64,000 nucleotides of DNA, taken from NCBI GenBank assembly GCA_030265395.1, contig JARFYF010000054.1, positions 22,832,314 through 22,896,313 of the forward strand. The letters are read 5' to 3'. The notes beneath the pieces were generated by a model, which was given only the letters and a program-made list of their open reading frames with translations, was not told the DNA's origin and did not search any database. The stretch is from Rhina ancylostomus (Eukaryota). This document shows, one piece after another, positions 63,031 to 64,000 of the stretch; within the stretch, counting starts at the first letter, position 1, and the number at the start of each line of letters is the position of its first letter. The translations under genes and the position numbers were made by a program.

Positions 63031-64000
63031 CTGCATCTACAAGGTTTTAAGTGTAAAATGAAACATGCCATTGTGTTCCAATATATGACCTTGGTTAGAC
63101 CTTGTTAACCATTCTGATAAGCAGAAAAAAATCTGGATAAATATGCTTTTGCGAAGTGTAGACTTGGGCCAATTGTGCTGAAATATGTGATGTAAATTTG
63201 ATGAAAAATGTGATGGAACTAGATTCTGTTCACAATGACAGTTTTTATTTAATTTACTTGGGGACAGCTGGATGGCATGCAAAAATCTGCAAAAACCTGG
63301 AAGTGAAAGAAAGATAAATTATAAATTGGGACACTCCATAGTATATAAGAAATGTGGTTGTTAGATGATCTTCCCTTCCTGGGAAAGCAGCCTGGGAGAA
63401 GTTGTTGCTAGTTTGTGCATTATACTTTGATTCACTGTCTGATTTTTAAATGAGAACTAGCTGGGGCAGCTATCACATCATACAGGAGGTAGTTACTAAA
63501 TAATATGTCACGGTCAGAGTGGTCTCCTTAAATAGTTTCAAATGCCAAGGGGAATCTGAGTAGCTTTCTGTGTTTTTGCTCCTTAATTGGCTGTGGGTTT
63601 TTTGAGTGTTTATTTTTCACCTCTCATGGGAGATGTCATTGCTCCTGGTGCAAAAGGGAGAGCCTTAATCTTGATGCATATGACAGCCCAGTCCAACATT
63701 TTCTTATCCATCCATGTTTATGTGTACTTTGTCACTGAAGAAGTTAACCATCTTTTATAACCACTTGTTTCAGAAGTCATCCTAAAATATTTTCAATAAC
63801 AATTTCAACTCCTCTAAATAACATTTGCTTTATAAATTAGAGCTCAAATTCTATACTTGAAAGAGAAACATTTGCAGAGAAAATGTGATGAAAAATCAGA
63901 GAACATGGTAATAAAGTAACATTTTCAAAGAGGAATTGAATGGCATAATTTTGTACTATATGATTCCAGTTGTTCATATAATCTTTAACTCAATTTTCTT

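Overview
This is eukaryotic, AT-rich, repeat-dense non-coding DNA from a gapped draft assembly. The repeat families point to a cartilaginous fish (shark or ray): HE1/V-type and Deu-type SINEs, CR1/HER1, L2, RTE, Tx1/L1 and Penelope-like retroelements. All family assignments were made by eye from recalled motifs, not from database searches, and most boundaries are approximate. I see no complete protein-coding gene, rRNA, genuine tRNA gene or CRISPR array. Most ORFs in the track are chance ORFs, minisatellite read-throughs or decayed LINE fragments. One possible 3'-terminal coding exon (492-766) encodes a Cys-rich peptide with a GPI-signal-like end. The most interesting structure is a Penelope-like element (PLE) system. 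It comprises one decayed RT/GIY-YIG element at about 26.6-29.2 kb, with mirrored termini each carrying two hammerhead-ribozyme-like motifs and split by a CR1 insertion, plus a dozen or more short non-coding derivatives of the same terminus. Many of these derivatives are fold-back hairpins, and one subfamily carries a CUGAUGC variant of the hammerhead core. Several repeat-free blocks rich in homeodomain, PBX-HOX and MEIS motifs resemble vertebrate conserved non-coding enhancers.
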